Source: Candidatus Latescibacterota bacterium (GTDB lineage Bacteria > Latescibacterota > UBA2968 > UBA8231). From it: DNA of 64,000 nucleotides. The notes under the pieces were generated by a model. The model worked only from the letters and a program-made list of their open reading frames with translations, had not been told where the DNA came from and ran no database searches. The position numbers and the translations under genes are program-made. Shown piece by piece: positions 47,539 to 59,324 of this stretch. How positions within the stretch are numbered: the first letter of the stretch is position 1; every line of letters begins with the position of its first letter. Where the stretch lies: NCBI GenBank assembly GCA_965204725.1, contig OZ242005.1, forward strand, positions 2,016,001-2,080,000. Direction: 5' to 3'.

Positions 47539-48639
47539 ATGCCTGACGCTACCGAACACATCGGCATGACCCGCGACGCCATCGACACCCCCGTCCTCTT
47601 GGTCGATCTCGACGCGCTCGAATACAACATCGCCCGGCTCGCCGAGCACTTCCGCACAGCGGGCAAAAACCTCCGGCCGCACACCAAGTCGCACAAAACC
47701 CCGGCCATCGCCCATCTCCAGCTCGCGGCCGGCGCCCAAGGGATCACCTGCGCCAAGGTCGGAGAGGCCGAGGTCATGGCCGACGCCGGCATCCAAGACA
47801 TCCTCATTGCCAACGAAGTCGTAGGCCGCCGCAAGATCGAGCGTCTCATGGCACTGGCCGCTCGTTGCGACATCATGGTCGCGGTCGATAACCCGCAAAA
47901 CCTCGCCGACCTCCACGAGGCCGCCCGCGCCTACAAGGTTTGCCCCCGCGTCCTCGTGGAGGTCAACATCGGCCACAACCGCTGCGGCGTCGCGCCTACC
48001 GCCGCCGTTGATCTCGCCCGCGCAGCTTCCCAAGCACCCCATCTCCGCTTCTGCGGCCTGATGGGGTACGAAGGCCACATCATCGATCTCGAAGACCAAG
48101 AGGCTCGTGACGAGGGGGCCCGCACCTGCCTCCAACGCCTCGTCGAGGCCCGCGACGTAGTGGAACGCGCCGGCCTCGACTGCCCAATTTGCAGCGCCTC
48201 GGGCACGGGCGATTACTACGTCAGCACTTCCTTCGACGGCATTACCGAGGTCCAAGCGGGCTCGTACGCGCTGATGGACGCGGCGTACGCCAAGCTCGGC
48301 TTGGGCTTCAAAAACGCCCTCAGCGTACTAACCACCGTTACCAGCCGCCCCGCGCCCGAGCAGGTCATCACCGACGCCGGCCTAAAGAGCCTGACGCCCG
48401 AGCACGGCTTCCCCCTCGTCAAGGACCGCCCCGACCTAACATGCCATGCCCTGTCGGAAGAACACGGCCGCCTCAAGAGTGTATCCGGCCCCTGCACCGA
48501 TCTCCGCCCCGGCGACCTGCTCGAATTTATCCCCGGCCACGGCTGCACGACCGTCAATCTCCACGACGCCCTCTACGCGCTGCGAGCGGGTCGCCTAGAG
48601 GCGATCTGGCAAGTCGCGGGCCGCGGCAAAGTCCGCTAG
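47539..48639 (+). CDS. DSD1 / D-threonine aldolase-like PLP enzyme
   Basis: DTP.LLVD, RPHTKSHK, DAGLKS, LSEEHG, PGHGCTTVN. Confidence 0.9.
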   Translation: MPDATEHIGMTRDAIDTPVLLVDLDALEYNIARLAEHFRTAGKNLRPHTKSHKTPAIAHLQLAAGAQGITCAKVGEAEVMADAGIQDILIANEVVGRRKIERLMALAARCDIMVAVDNPQNLADLHEAARAYKVCPRVLVEVNIGHNRCGVAPTAAVDLARAASQAPHLRFCGLMGYEGHIIDLEDQEARDEGARTCLQRLVEARDVVERAGLDCPICSASGTGDYYVSTSFDGITEVQAGSYALMDAAYAKLGLGFKNALSVLTTVTSRPAPEQVITDAGLKSLTPEHGFPLVKDRPDLTCHALSEEHGRLKSVSGPCTDLRPGDLLEFIPGHGCTTVNLHDALYALRAGRLEAIWQVAGRGKVR

Positions 48640-48744
48640 GCCCTGCGGAGCCGCGGTGCTCAGTTGCCCTCGGTTGGGGCAACTACTAAATTATTTAGCC
48701 AATGGTCATGGCAACGCCCAGACCACGGTCAACCTTCTAGCACC

Positions 48745-50439
48745 ATGGGTCGCCTTTTAGCGGCCCCCTACACAAAGACCCCTAGCTTGATCGCACCTAC
48801 CGACGCCGCGCTCGTCTCCCGCTGGCAGCGCGAAACCGCTCCCCTCTTGCCGCTCCTGCACGCTTTCCACGACCGCGATGGCTATGTGTCGGAAGAGGCC
48901 CTCAAGGCCGTATCAACGGGCCTGAAAATCCCGCTGGCCGAGCTTTTTGCCACCGTCACCTTTTACCACCACTTCGCCCGCCAAGACCCCGGACAAAGTG
49001 CCCCGCGCGTCTGCACCGGCCCGATATGCGCCCTGCGCGGAGCCGAGGCACTCTGCGCCCGCCTCGCCGACGCCACCCCCATGGCGTGTGCCGGCCGCTG
49101 CGACGACCCCATTCCGGTCATCAAAGGCCATCAAGTGCTGGTCGGAACCGACGCGGAAGCCCTCGCGCCCGGCCCCTCGCCTCGGCCCGTACCCAATCCC
49201 GGTGGCTACGAGGAATGCGTCTTTGCCGACATCCGCGCTCCCGGCCGCGCCACCCTGTCCGGCTATCGCCAAAGCGGTGGATACCAAGCACTCCAACAAG
49301 CCCTCGCCGGAAAACCAGCCGATCTAGTCGCTCTCATTGCCGATAGCCAGCTCGCGGGCCGGGGCGGGGCGGGCTTTCCCACCGGCCAAAAGTGGCAGGC
49401 CGTCGCCGAGGCCCCGGGCGAGCCCAAAACCGTCGTCTGCAACGCCGACGAAGGCGAGCCGGGCTGCTTTAAGGACCGCGCCCTCCTCGAATGGGATCCA
49501 CAAGCGGTCATCGAAGGCATGCTCCTAGCTGCGTACGCCACCAGCGCGACCCGCGCCTTTATCTATCTGCGCTACGAATACCCGGAAATCCTCGCCATCC
49601 TCGCCGAGGCACTGGCCGAGGCCCGCGCCGCCAACCTAATCGGCCCGCACATCCTCGGCAGCGACTTCTCCTGTACGATCCACATCCGCCGCGGCGCGGG
49701 CGCGTACATCTGCGGCGAGGAAGGCTCTTTGCTCAACAGCCTCGAAGGCAAACACCCCTATCCGCGCAATCGCCCCCCCTTCCCAGTAACGCACGGTTTT
49801 GAAAACTTGCCCACGGCCGTCAACAACGTCGAAACCTTGGCCTCAGTGCCCCAAATCGTGCGGCGCGGGGCCGCGTGGTATCGCTCGCTCGGCCTCAACG
49901 GTCGCCCGGGCACCAAGGTCATCAGCCTCTCGGGCGATGTGCAGCGGCCGGGCAACTACGAAGTCCCTTTTGGCCTGCCCCTCCACACCTTGCTCCACGA
50001 GTGGGCTGGCGGGCCGGGGCCAAGCCGCCAGATTCAGGCCGTGACCATGGCCGGCCTTTCCGGGGGATTTCTCGCCGGCGAAGCGCTCGACGTCACCCTC
50101 GACGAACCGGCGATCCGCGCCCGCGGCTCCATGCTCGGCGCCGGCGGCATCATGGCCTTTGACGACCGCCGCGACATGGTAGATATTGCCCGCCGAGCTA
50201 TGGCCTTTTTTGCCGAAGAGTCCTGCGGCAAGTGCTTCCCCTGCCGCATCGGCACCCAGCGGCTGACCGAGCGGCTCGCCGGCCAAGGGCCGACCGACCT
50301 AGCCGCTTGGCGCGCCGAAGTAACCGACATCGGCGACGTCATGAAAGCCACCAGCGCCTGCGGCCTCGGCATGGCCGCCCCCTTTATCACCGACAGCCTC
50401 CTCAAATACTTTCCCGACCAAGTGCGCGTCTGCGCCTGA
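48745..50439 (+). CDS. Formate dehydrogenase diaphorase subunit, NuoE-NuoF (FdsG-FdsB) fusion; start may be TTG 48787
   Basis: TFY..F, C-x4-C...C-x3-C, GRGGAGFP, NADEGEPG, GAYICGEE, ESCGKC.PCR.G, C-terminal CGLG. Confidence 0.88.
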   Translation: MGRLLAAPYTKTPSLIAPTDAALVSRWQRETAPLLPLLHAFHDRDGYVSEEALKAVSTGLKIPLAELFATVTFYHHFARQDPGQSAPRVCTGPICALRGAEALCARLADATPMACAGRCDDPIPVIKGHQVLVGTDAEALAPGPSPRPVPNPGGYEECVFADIRAPGRATLSGYRQSGGYQALQQALAGKPADLVALIADSQLAGRGGAGFPTGQKWQAVAEAPGEPKTVVCNADEGEPGCFKDRALLEWDPQAVIEGMLLAAYATSATRAFIYLRYEYPEILAILAEALAEARAANLIGPHILGSDFSCTIHIRRGAGAYICGEEGSLLNSLEGKHPYPRNRPPFPVTHGFENLPTAVNNVETLASVPQIVRRGAAWYRSLGLNGRPGTKVISLSGDVQRPGNYEVPFGLPLHTLLHEWAGGPGPSRQIQAVTMAGLSGGFLAGEALDVTLDEPAIRARGSMLGAGGIMAFDDRRDMVDIARRAMAFFAEESCGKCFPCRIGTQRLTERLAGQGPTDLAAWRAEVTDIGDVMKATSACGLGMAAPFITDSLLKYFPDQVRVCA

Positions 50440-50453
50440 ACGAGAGCCTTACC

Positions 50454-53171
50454 GTGCCTACCAATGGGCAACAACCCACCCTGACCTTAGACGGCCAAGA
50501 AGTCGCCTTTGCTGCGGGCGAAACCCTCTACGAAGTAGCCCAACGCCATCGCCGCGACATTCCCACCCTCTGCTACGACCCGCGCCTAGAACCTTTTGGT
50601 GCTTGTCGGCTTTGCGTGGTCGAAATTGAAGGAGCGCGCAATCCGGTCGCTTCCTGCACGGCGCAAGCCGCGCCCGGCATGGTCGTCAAAACGGCGACCA
50701 CCGCCCTCGAAAAGCACCGCACGACGCTGCTCGAAATGGTCGTCTCGGAAAACCGCGCCGTCGAGGTGGACCCCCTGCGCGGGTACGCTTCCCAAGAGCT
50801 AACCGCCCTCGTCGAGCGCTACCAAGCCCGCTCCGGCCGCTTCCAAGGCGTCCAATCGGGCCAGTCGCATCCCACCGACGACAACCCCTTCATCTTGCGC
50901 GACTACGACTTGTGCATCTCGTGCAACCGCTGCGTCCGCGTCTGCGCCGAGCAGGAAGGCGACCACGCCATCGCCGCCATGGGGCGCGGCTTCCACAAGC
51001 AGATCACCACGGAGTTTAATGGCCTGCTCAAGGATTCGTCCTGCACCTTTTGCGGCCAATGCGTCCAGACCTGCCCCACCGGCGCCCTCGCCGACAAAAA
51101 GGCCCTGCGCGCGGCCGACCTGCCCGGCGAGATCGCAAAGACCCGCTCGGTCTGTCCGTACTGCGGCGTTGGCTGCTCGGTGGATCTGCTGTCCAAAGGG
51201 GATAAACTCGTCGGCATCCAACCGGCCATGGACGGCCCGGCCAACGAAGGTGCGCTGTGCATCAAGGGCCAGTTTGCCTTTGACTTCGTCCAGCACCGCG
51301 ACCGGCTCACCCAGCCCCTCGTTCGCGGCGAGGATGGCCAACTCCACCCCACCGACTGGGACACCGCGCTCGACCGCGCCGCCCAAGGCTTTGCCCAAGT
51401 GCTCGCCGAGCACGGTCGCCACGCCATCTACGGCGTCGCCTCCGGCCGCACACCTTCGGAGGCCAACTACTGCCTCCAGAAGTTCATTCGCAGGGGCTAC
51501 GGCACCCACTACATAGACAACTGTAGCCGTGCCTGACACGCGCCCACGGTTGCCGGTCTGGCAGCCTCTATCGGACGCGGTGCCATGTCGAACCCCCTCG
51601 CCGACATGGACAAACCCGACTTGATCTTCTGCATCGGCACCAACATGACCGAGTGCCACCCCGTGGCCGCGACCCGGATCAAAAAGGCCCTCAAGCGCGG
51701 GGCCAAGATGATCGTCGCCGATCCGCGCAAAATCGATCTCGCGCACATGGCCGATCTCTACTTGCCCATCCGCGTCGGCTCGGACGTGGCCTTGCTGTTG
51801 GCCATGGCCCACGTGATCGTCCGCGATGACTTAGTCGATCGCGCCTTTGTGGAAGCGCGCACGGCCGACTTTGATCACTTCCTAGAGCACGTCGTCGAGT
51901 TCACGCCCGAGTGGGCTTCGACCATCACCGAGGTGCCCGCGGCCGATATTGAACAGGCCGCCCGTTGGTATGGGGCCGCCGACAAAGGGGCCATCTACTA
52001 CACCCTCGGCATCACCGAGCACATCTGCGGCGTCGACAACGTCCAGAGCTTGTGCAATCTCGCCCTGCTCACCGGCAACGTCGGCCGCGAGGGCACTGGC
52101 ATCAACCCCATGCGCGGGCAGAACAACATCCAAGGCGCCGGCGACTCCGGGGCTATTCCATCCGATTACCCCGGCTTCCAACCGGTTGAGCAGCCGGAAA
52201 ATAGGGAAAAATTCACCGCGCTCTATGGGCAGGAGATGGACTCGGCCAAAGGCATCACCAAAGTCCAAGCACTCAACCGCTGCGGCAGCGAGATTTTTGC
52301 CATGATTATCGATGGCGAGAACACCCTCGTCTCCGACCCAGACCGCCACCACTGCGAGCACGCCCTCAAGAGCCTAGATCACCTCGTGGTCATCGACATC
52401 TTCCTCACCGAGACGGCCGCGCTGGCCGACGTGGTCTTCCCGGCCAGCGCCTTTGCCGAGACCGATGGGGTCTGCGCCAATACCGAGCGCCGGGTCCAGC
52501 GCCTGCGCCGAGCCGTGCCCCCGCCCGGCGAGGCCAAGCCCGACTGGTGGATCATAAGTCAGCTTGCCCAGCGGCTCGGCTTTAGCGGCTTCGACTACAC
52601 CTCGGCCGAGGACGTGTTCAACGAGCTGTGCGGGCTCTCTCCCATTTACGCCGGCCTCGATTGGGACCGGATCGACGCGGGCCAATACCAGTGGCCAGTA
52701 CCTGAAAAAGGGCACCCGGGGACGCCGATTTTGCACGAGGGGGCCTTCCGAAACGGCCGCGGCCTTTTCAAAATCATCCGCTACCGCGACCCGGCCGAGA
52801 CCCTCTCGCCCGAGTTCCCGGTCTGGCTGACGACCGGCCGCCGGCTCCAAGCCTACCACACCCGCACCCAGACCGGCCGCGCCCAAGGGATTGATTACCT
52901 GCTCTCTGAGGAGCACCTCGAAGCCCACCCCGAAGACATCGCCGCTTGGGGCCTTGAAGACGGGGGCTTGTGTCGCCTGTCCAGCGCCCGCGGCACCGTC
53001 GAAATCCGCCTCAAGGCCACCACCCGCTCGCCGCGCGGCACGGTCTTTGCCAGCTTCAGCTTCAACGATGTGCCGATCAACATCCTCACCGGCTCCGGGT
53101 ACGACCCGGTCACGCACACCGCCGAGCTCAAGGTCTGCCCGGTGCGCGTCGAGGGCCTAGCCGAGAGCTAG
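50454..53171 (+). CDS. Formate dehydrogenase alpha subunit, selenocysteine-containing (UGA at 51534-51536)
   Basis: The two track ORFs are in frame across a single TGA at DNCSRA-U-HAPTVAGL, the Mo/W ligand position of FdhF. N-terminal NuoG-like Fe-S motifs, CPYCGVGC, RGQNNIQG. Confidence 0.92.
51537..51566 (+). promoter_or_regulatory. Bacterial SECIS element
   Basis: Hairpin GGTTGCC-GGTCT-GGCAGCC starts 12 nt after the UGA and closely resembles the fdhF SECIS (GGTTGCAGGTCTGCACC). Confidence 0.85.
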
Positions 53172-53203
53172 AGACGCCCAATCGCACCCACGCTAGGCGT
53201 TAG

Positions 53204-53599
53204 TCACGCTAGGAAGTTATGGGTGCGAAGCGACAGCACTTGGGCGATGATCTCGAAATGAGCGTCCTTGTGGGCGAGCACGGCACCGTGTCGGCGGGCT
53301 ATGGCCGCGATGAACACATCCAGCAGCGGCACGGTATAACCCTTGTCCGCAAGCGACCGGATTTTTTGCTCCGCTGTCAGCCAGTCGCCATCGACCGCTG
53401 AGAGGTGAGGCAGGGCCGCGAAGGCACTCACAATTTTCGGGGCCTCTGCTTTGCGTGCTCCGCGCAAAACCTCGGCCCGCACCGGGCCGCAAATCGCCAG
53501 ATCATGGGCAAGCCAGCGCAGCATCTGCGCCCGGACCGCTTCGTCGCCGGTAGGACGGAAGAACTCAATCCAGCAAGACGTGTCTGCGAGAATCAGCAC
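53204..53599 (-). CDS. vapC: VapC PIN-domain toxin
   Basis: ILADTSCWIEF, EVLRG, D..IAA.A, D.HF. Confidence 0.9.
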   Translation of the reverse strand: MLILADTSCWIEFFRPTGDEAVRAQMLRWLAHDLAICGPVRAEVLRGARKAEAPKIVSAFAALPHLSAVDGDWLTAEQKIRSLADKGYTVPLLDVFIAAIARRHGAVLAHKDAHFEIIAQVLSLRTHNFLA

Positions 53600-53793
53600 T
53601 CCTCCATCGCCTCCAACTCGTCGTTGGAATAGCGCAGCTCAACAGTGCCGGCCAAACCGGCTAGTTGGCGGAGCTTTTGCAGGCGCAGGTATTCGTTTAA
53701 TGCCATGCGCACGGCCGAGGCTTTGTTTTTTTGCTTGGTCGCTTGCTGGACGGCTTGGACAATTTCCGAGTCTAAGGTAACTGTTGTGGCCAT
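53593..53793 (-). CDS. vapB: VapB-type RHH antitoxin
   Basis: TTVTLD...K..AV..AL.EY; overlaps vapC. Confidence 0.85.
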   Translation of the reverse strand: MATTVTLDSEIVQAVQQATKQKNKASAVRMALNEYLRLQKLRQLAGLAGTVELRYSNDELEAMEEC

Positions 53794-53941
53794 AATAAAA
53801 TCCCGTTGTTATTTCGTGTCTTTTCTCAACAAAAAGATGAACGATTCTTGTTAAAAAAACAAGCCGCGGGGCAACGGCGAAAGCTCTTGGGCTGTCGGCA
53901 CATAAGGGCCAACTTGCCTGTCCGCCTCCCCTTTTACCTTA

Positions 53942-54076
53942 AAAGCTGTCTGAAAACCCACCTTGGGTCATGTTGAACACGCCGTAGAGACAGGATCCGT
54001 CATTCCCGCGAAAGCGGGAATCCAGCCGGGATCGGTTAGACGCAAAGGATGATCACCAGAGTTTTCAGACAGCTTC
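53942..54076. mobile_element. 135-bp MITE-like element with IS5-type ends
   Basis: 15-bp perfect inverted repeats aagctgtctgaaaac (53943-53957 / 54061-54075), flanked by TTA at 53939-53941 and 54077-54079. Confidence 0.72.
53998..54025 (+). repeat. REP/dRS3-like palindrome, copy 1
   Basis: cgtcattcccgcgaaagcgggaatccag (ATTCCC-N8-GGGAAT). Confidence 0.85.
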
Positions 54077-54235
54077 TTAGAAGCCGACTACCGCTCTCCG
54101 GGTCACCGCTCGGCCCCGGCCGCATAGCGCACGAGACGCTTGCGGAACGGCAAACAAAAACGGCAGGCGAAAGCAAGCCTCCAACAACGCCCCGCGCTCA
54201 AGATCGATCAAAACGGACGTGTCGGCGACCAGCAT
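54077..54235 (-). pseudogene. Truncated PIN-domain gene downstream of XRE-ImmA
   Basis: MLVADTSVLIDLERGALLEACFRLPFLFAVP resembles a PIN N-terminus. Similarity stops after about 31 codons and the frame ends at the MITE target TAA. Confidence 0.65.
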
Positions 54236-54236
54236 C

Positions 54237-55316
54237 TTATGCCCCAGTTAATCCCGACCCCGGCGGCTCCTCCATGCGCCGATTCAGCGCACGGACCGAA
54301 GTTTCCAAAAGCTCGGCGGCTTTGGCCTCAGAAATCGCACCCTCAGCCAAAGCGCGAAAACACAATCGCTCGAAACGCCGAGGCTCCTCACACGCCATAG
54401 CCTTAGGCTCCCGATAGGGCGGCTTGCGCCAGCCTAAACGCGAAAATTCCTGAAACAGCCGCCGGAACAAAGCATCGCTGAAAATACCGAGCTCCTTACA
54501 CCGATAGGTAAGAGCCTGAACACTCACTCCGAATAGCTCCTTGAGCTCGAAAAGTTCGCCCCAGCCGATGGAAGTGCGGTGCTTGCCAATCGCCGCCCAT
54601 AGCACCTCAGCGGGCATGAGAAACGCCCCAGCGAAACGATAGGCGACCTTCTCCTCATCCACCTTGGCGGCGACCTCCAAGACCAAATGTCCGAGCTCGT
54701 GGGCCATGGTCAAGCGTTGCCGTTCCCCCCAATCGTCGCCGTTCACAACAAGAACAGGCACGGCACTCCGACCGACGCGGCGCACCCGCGCCATAAGGCC
54801 GTCAATGCGCCCAAGAGCAACCGCGAACACCTTGATGCCGCGATCCTCCAGCAACTCGACCAAGTTCGGGATAGGGTCAAACCCCAACCCCCAGTACAGT
54901 CGAAGACTGTGAGCAGCGCGGTCGGCCTCAGAAGGATCGCCGATGACCGGATAGGGCACCTCGCGAGGCTTGTCCCACTCAACGCTCGGCAAGCCGAGAA
55001 ACTCCTCAACCATGAGGTAGCGTTCCAGCAAGTGCAGGACTTTGGCTTCGACCTGCGCCTCCTCGCGCTTGATCGTGATCTTCTTTTTGCGAAACTCGAC
55101 AGCCTCCAGCACCATTTCTCGGTCGCCGACCAAGTAGTCCACTGAAACCGAGAGGGCGTCCGCCAGCGCGATGAGGACGCCCGAGCTGGGCATGGACTGG
55201 TCGCGCTCGTACTTGCCAATCGCCTGCGCCGTTACGCGGCATCCCATGCGTTGCTCCAAGCCGCGAAGCGATAGGCCAGCCGCAGAACGAGCGAGTTTGA
55301 GTCGCTGTCCTATCAT
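54237..55316 (-). CDS. XRE-family HTH fused to ImmA/IrrE (peptidase M78) domain
   Basis: IGQRLKLAR..AGLS, KYE, RQRLTMAHELGH, FAGAFLMP; GAGGAG RBS. Confidence 0.92.
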   Translation of the reverse strand: MIGQRLKLARSAAGLSLRGLEQRMGCRVTAQAIGKYERDQSMPSSGVLIALADALSVSVDYLVGDREMVLEAVEFRKKKITIKREEAQVEAKVLHLLERYLMVEEFLGLPSVEWDKPREVPYPVIGDPSEADRAAHSLRLYWGLGFDPIPNLVELLEDRGIKVFAVALGRIDGLMARVRRVGRSAVPVLVVNGDDWGERQRLTMAHELGHLVLEVAAKVDEEKVAYRFAGAFLMPAEVLWAAIGKHRTSIGWGELFELKELFGVSVQALTYRCKELGIFSDALFRRLFQEFSRLGWRKPPYREPKAMACEEPRRFERLCFRALAEGAISEAKAAELLETSVRALNRRMEEPPGSGLTGA

Positions 55317-55528
55317 ATTGTGCTCCTCTTGATGGTTTATATAATGACATATATTAGACGATTTTGTGAACCAACGGAACAGAATTTTGTCCATACAACG
55401 CCAAAAGGCCGCCCCCAATGACCGGCAAACCCTCCTCCAAAAAAGCCTTTGAGGACACTGTAAAATCCGCAATATCCTCAGCGACGCCTTACGGCCCAAG
55501 ATTCGGAGGGGCCTTTCGTCGATCCCCT

Positions 55529-55557
55529 TTGACGCCTCGTTGCTCTTGGCCTACTGT
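55529..55557 (+). promoter_or_regulatory. Sigma70-type promoter for uxaC-like gene
   Basis: TTGACG-17 bp-TACTGT. Confidence 0.5.
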
Positions 55558-55588
55558 TATGACCCTCATCCCGACAGGAGCCGCCGCC

Positions 55589-56908
55589 ATGAGCACCCCA
55601 GCCCTATCCCGCGACCAAATCCCCGCCATCGTCGCCGAAGAGACCTCGGCCCAACGGCTGATCGTCGATGACTGGCACACCCATCTCCTCGGCCCCAAAG
55701 CCGGCCCCCAGCTCTGCCTGTACGGCATCGACCAGCAGCTTGTCTATCACTACGTGCGCCGCAAGCTCTTTGCCGCCGGCCACATCGACCCGGCCACCTT
55801 CTACTCGTGGAGCCTAGAAAAACAAGGCGATTTTACTTGGCAGAAGCTCTTTGCCGACGCCGCTTCCGATCCATTCGACGAAGGTTGTCGCGGCGTGGTC
55901 GTAGCCCTAGAAGCCCTCGGCCTCGACCCCAACGCCACCACGCTCGCCGAGGCGCGCCAGTTCTACGCCGACACAGACCCCGAAGCCATCCAACGCCGCT
56001 GCATGGAACTGGCCGGCGTACGCCGCATCGTCGGCACCCAAGACGTGTTCAACGACCAAGAGCGCGCGTACTACGAAAGCGGCGAGTGGGACGAGCATTA
56101 TCTATCCGGTTATCGCCTCGACGAGCTCGTCTTGCACTACCCACGCGCGGCCGTGCGGCTCAACGCTTGGGGCTACGCGGTCGGCAACGACCCCAGCCAG
56201 CCCGCTACGGCCGCGGCCATTCGCCGCTTCCTCGCCGACTGGTACGACAAACTGCACGGCGTCGCGTACGGCGCGTGCTCGTTCCCGCCGCACTGCCCAG
56301 TCCACGACCTCAGCGGGCTGGAGGGCGCCGTGCTCCACCACGCGGTGCTGCCAGCCCTGCGCGAGTTTAAGCGGCCCTTCTTTATGATGCCCGGCCCCAT
56401 TCGCCAACTCAAACCCGAGTGGCGCGACGCCGGCGACGGCGTGGGGTTAGCCGACATGTTCCCCTATCAGCAGCTCGTGCGCCGCCATCCCGACAACGCC
56501 TTCTTCATCACGCCGCTCCACAACGCCAACCAGTACGACGCCAGCGTCCTCTCCTGCCACAACGACAACGTCATGGTCATTGGCCACTGGTGGTTCAACT
56601 ACCATCCGGGTTTAGTCGAGCAGGATCTGCGGACGCGCCTCGAAATGACCGGCGACCGCTTCATCCCCTTCAACTCAGACGCCCGCGTGTTGGAGAACCT
56701 CATTCCCAAGTGGCAGCGCTTCCGCGCCATCCTCGCCACCGTCCTAACCGAAAAATACCAAGACCTGCACGACGCCGGCCGGCACGTAACCCGCGCTGGC
56801 ATCGCCCAAACCCTCCAGACCCTGTTCGCGCCCAACCGCTTTTCTCAACTCGCCTCCGTGAAACGCCCCCAGCAGACAACCCCGTGCGCTAGCCGCGGGA
56901 ATTTGTGA
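55589..56908 (+). CDS. uxaC: Uronate (glucuronate) isomerase, Bacillus halodurans-like type
   Basis: D.HTHL, GID..L.YHY, AGDG, G.WWF, SDARVLE.LI.KW; AGGAG RBS. Confidence 0.78.
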   Translation: MSTPALSRDQIPAIVAEETSAQRLIVDDWHTHLLGPKAGPQLCLYGIDQQLVYHYVRRKLFAAGHIDPATFYSWSLEKQGDFTWQKLFADAASDPFDEGCRGVVVALEALGLDPNATTLAEARQFYADTDPEAIQRRCMELAGVRRIVGTQDVFNDQERAYYESGEWDEHYLSGYRLDELVLHYPRAAVRLNAWGYAVGNDPSQPATAAAIRRFLADWYDKLHGVAYGACSFPPHCPVHDLSGLEGAVLHHAVLPALREFKRPFFMMPGPIRQLKPEWRDAGDGVGLADMFPYQQLVRRHPDNAFFITPLHNANQYDASVLSCHNDNVMVIGHWWFNYHPGLVEQDLRTRLEMTGDRFIPFNSDARVLENLIPKWQRFRAILATVLTEKYQDLHDAGRHVTRAGIAQTLQTLFAPNRFSQLASVKRPQQTTPCASRGNL

Positions 56909-56952
56909 TATTTCCTACATCGCACTGCCCCTCAACGGAGGTTTTACCGCAA

Positions 56953-58578
<1,626 letters not shown>

Positions 58579-58649
58579 GCCTTTATAGCAGTCCTAAATG
58601 ACTTGAAAGCATGGAATGTTGATCGGCACGGTCTTTTTTATCTATGAGG

Positions 58650-58677
58650 CGTCATTCCCGCGCAAGCGGGAATCCAG
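58650..58677 (+). repeat. REP/dRS3-like palindrome, copy 2
   Basis: cgtcattcccgcgcaagcgggaatccag; 27/28 identical to copy 1. Confidence 0.85.
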
Positions 58678-58731
58678 TCTTGAATGATGTCGGCATTGAT
58701 AAGACGGAGGCGACAACCAAGGAGATTTCAC

Positions 58732-58962
58732 ATGCAGAAAAAACTTACCATTTCCATCGACGAAGAAGTATATCAGGGGCTACGCGATCTCGTTGGGCAG
58801 CGGCGCATTAGCCGTTTCATCGAAGACCTGATTCGGCCACACATCGCCGGGGCGTCGCTAGAGGCGGCTTATGCCGAGATGGGCCGCGATGAACGCCGGG
58901 AAGCCGAGGCCCTTGCGTGGGCCGAAGCGACCCTAGGAGACTGCGCCGATGAACCGAGGTGA
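58732..58962 (+). CDS. Addiction-module antitoxin (RHH-like)
   Basis: MQKKLTISIDEEVY..L; AAGGAG RBS; overlaps a MazF gene. Confidence 0.8.
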   Translation: MQKKLTISIDEEVYQGLRDLVGQRRISRFIEDLIRPHIAGASLEAAYAEMGRDERREAEALAWAEATLGDCADEPR

Positions 58963-59278
58963 AGTGTGGTGGGTCAACTTTGGCCCTGCGGTGGGCGGAG
59001 AAATTCGCAAGCACCGTCCCGCCGTCATTTTGAGCAACGATTTGGCCAATAAACACCTGAATCGCGTTCAGGTCGTGCCCTTGACCACCCAAGCCGGCAA
59101 GTTGTATCCCAGTGAAGCAGCAGTCACTATAGTGGGCCGCCTCAATAAGGCGATGGCCGATCAACTGACGACCGCCAGCAAGGAGCGGCTCACCAAGAAG
59201 ATGGGACAGGTGTCCCGCGAAGACCTACACAAGATAGAACGGGCGACGGTCGTGCAACTGGGCCTCTCCATCTCCTGA
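58949..59278 (+). CDS. PemK/MazF family toxin
   Basis: RGEVWWVNF.PAVGGEIRK.RPAVILS, VVPLT, DQL.T..K.RL. Confidence 0.92.
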   Translation: MNRGEVWWVNFGPAVGGEIRKHRPAVILSNDLANKHLNRVQVVPLTTQAGKLYPSEAAVTIVGRLNKAMADQLTTASKERLTKKMGQVSREDLHKIERATVVQLGLSIS

Positions 59279-59324
59279 GAGCATCGGCAGACCGGTCGCG
59301 CACGGACCGTGCAGCAAGGATCCC

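Noticed and set aside
51534-51536. Nonsense mutation making fdhA a pseudogene
   Set aside because: The TGA falls at the conserved Cys/Sec ligand and is followed by a SECIS hairpin.
53204-55316. Prophage or ICE suggested by XRE-ImmA and TA genes
   Set aside because: No integrase, structural, replication or conjugation genes; flanked directly by metabolic genes.
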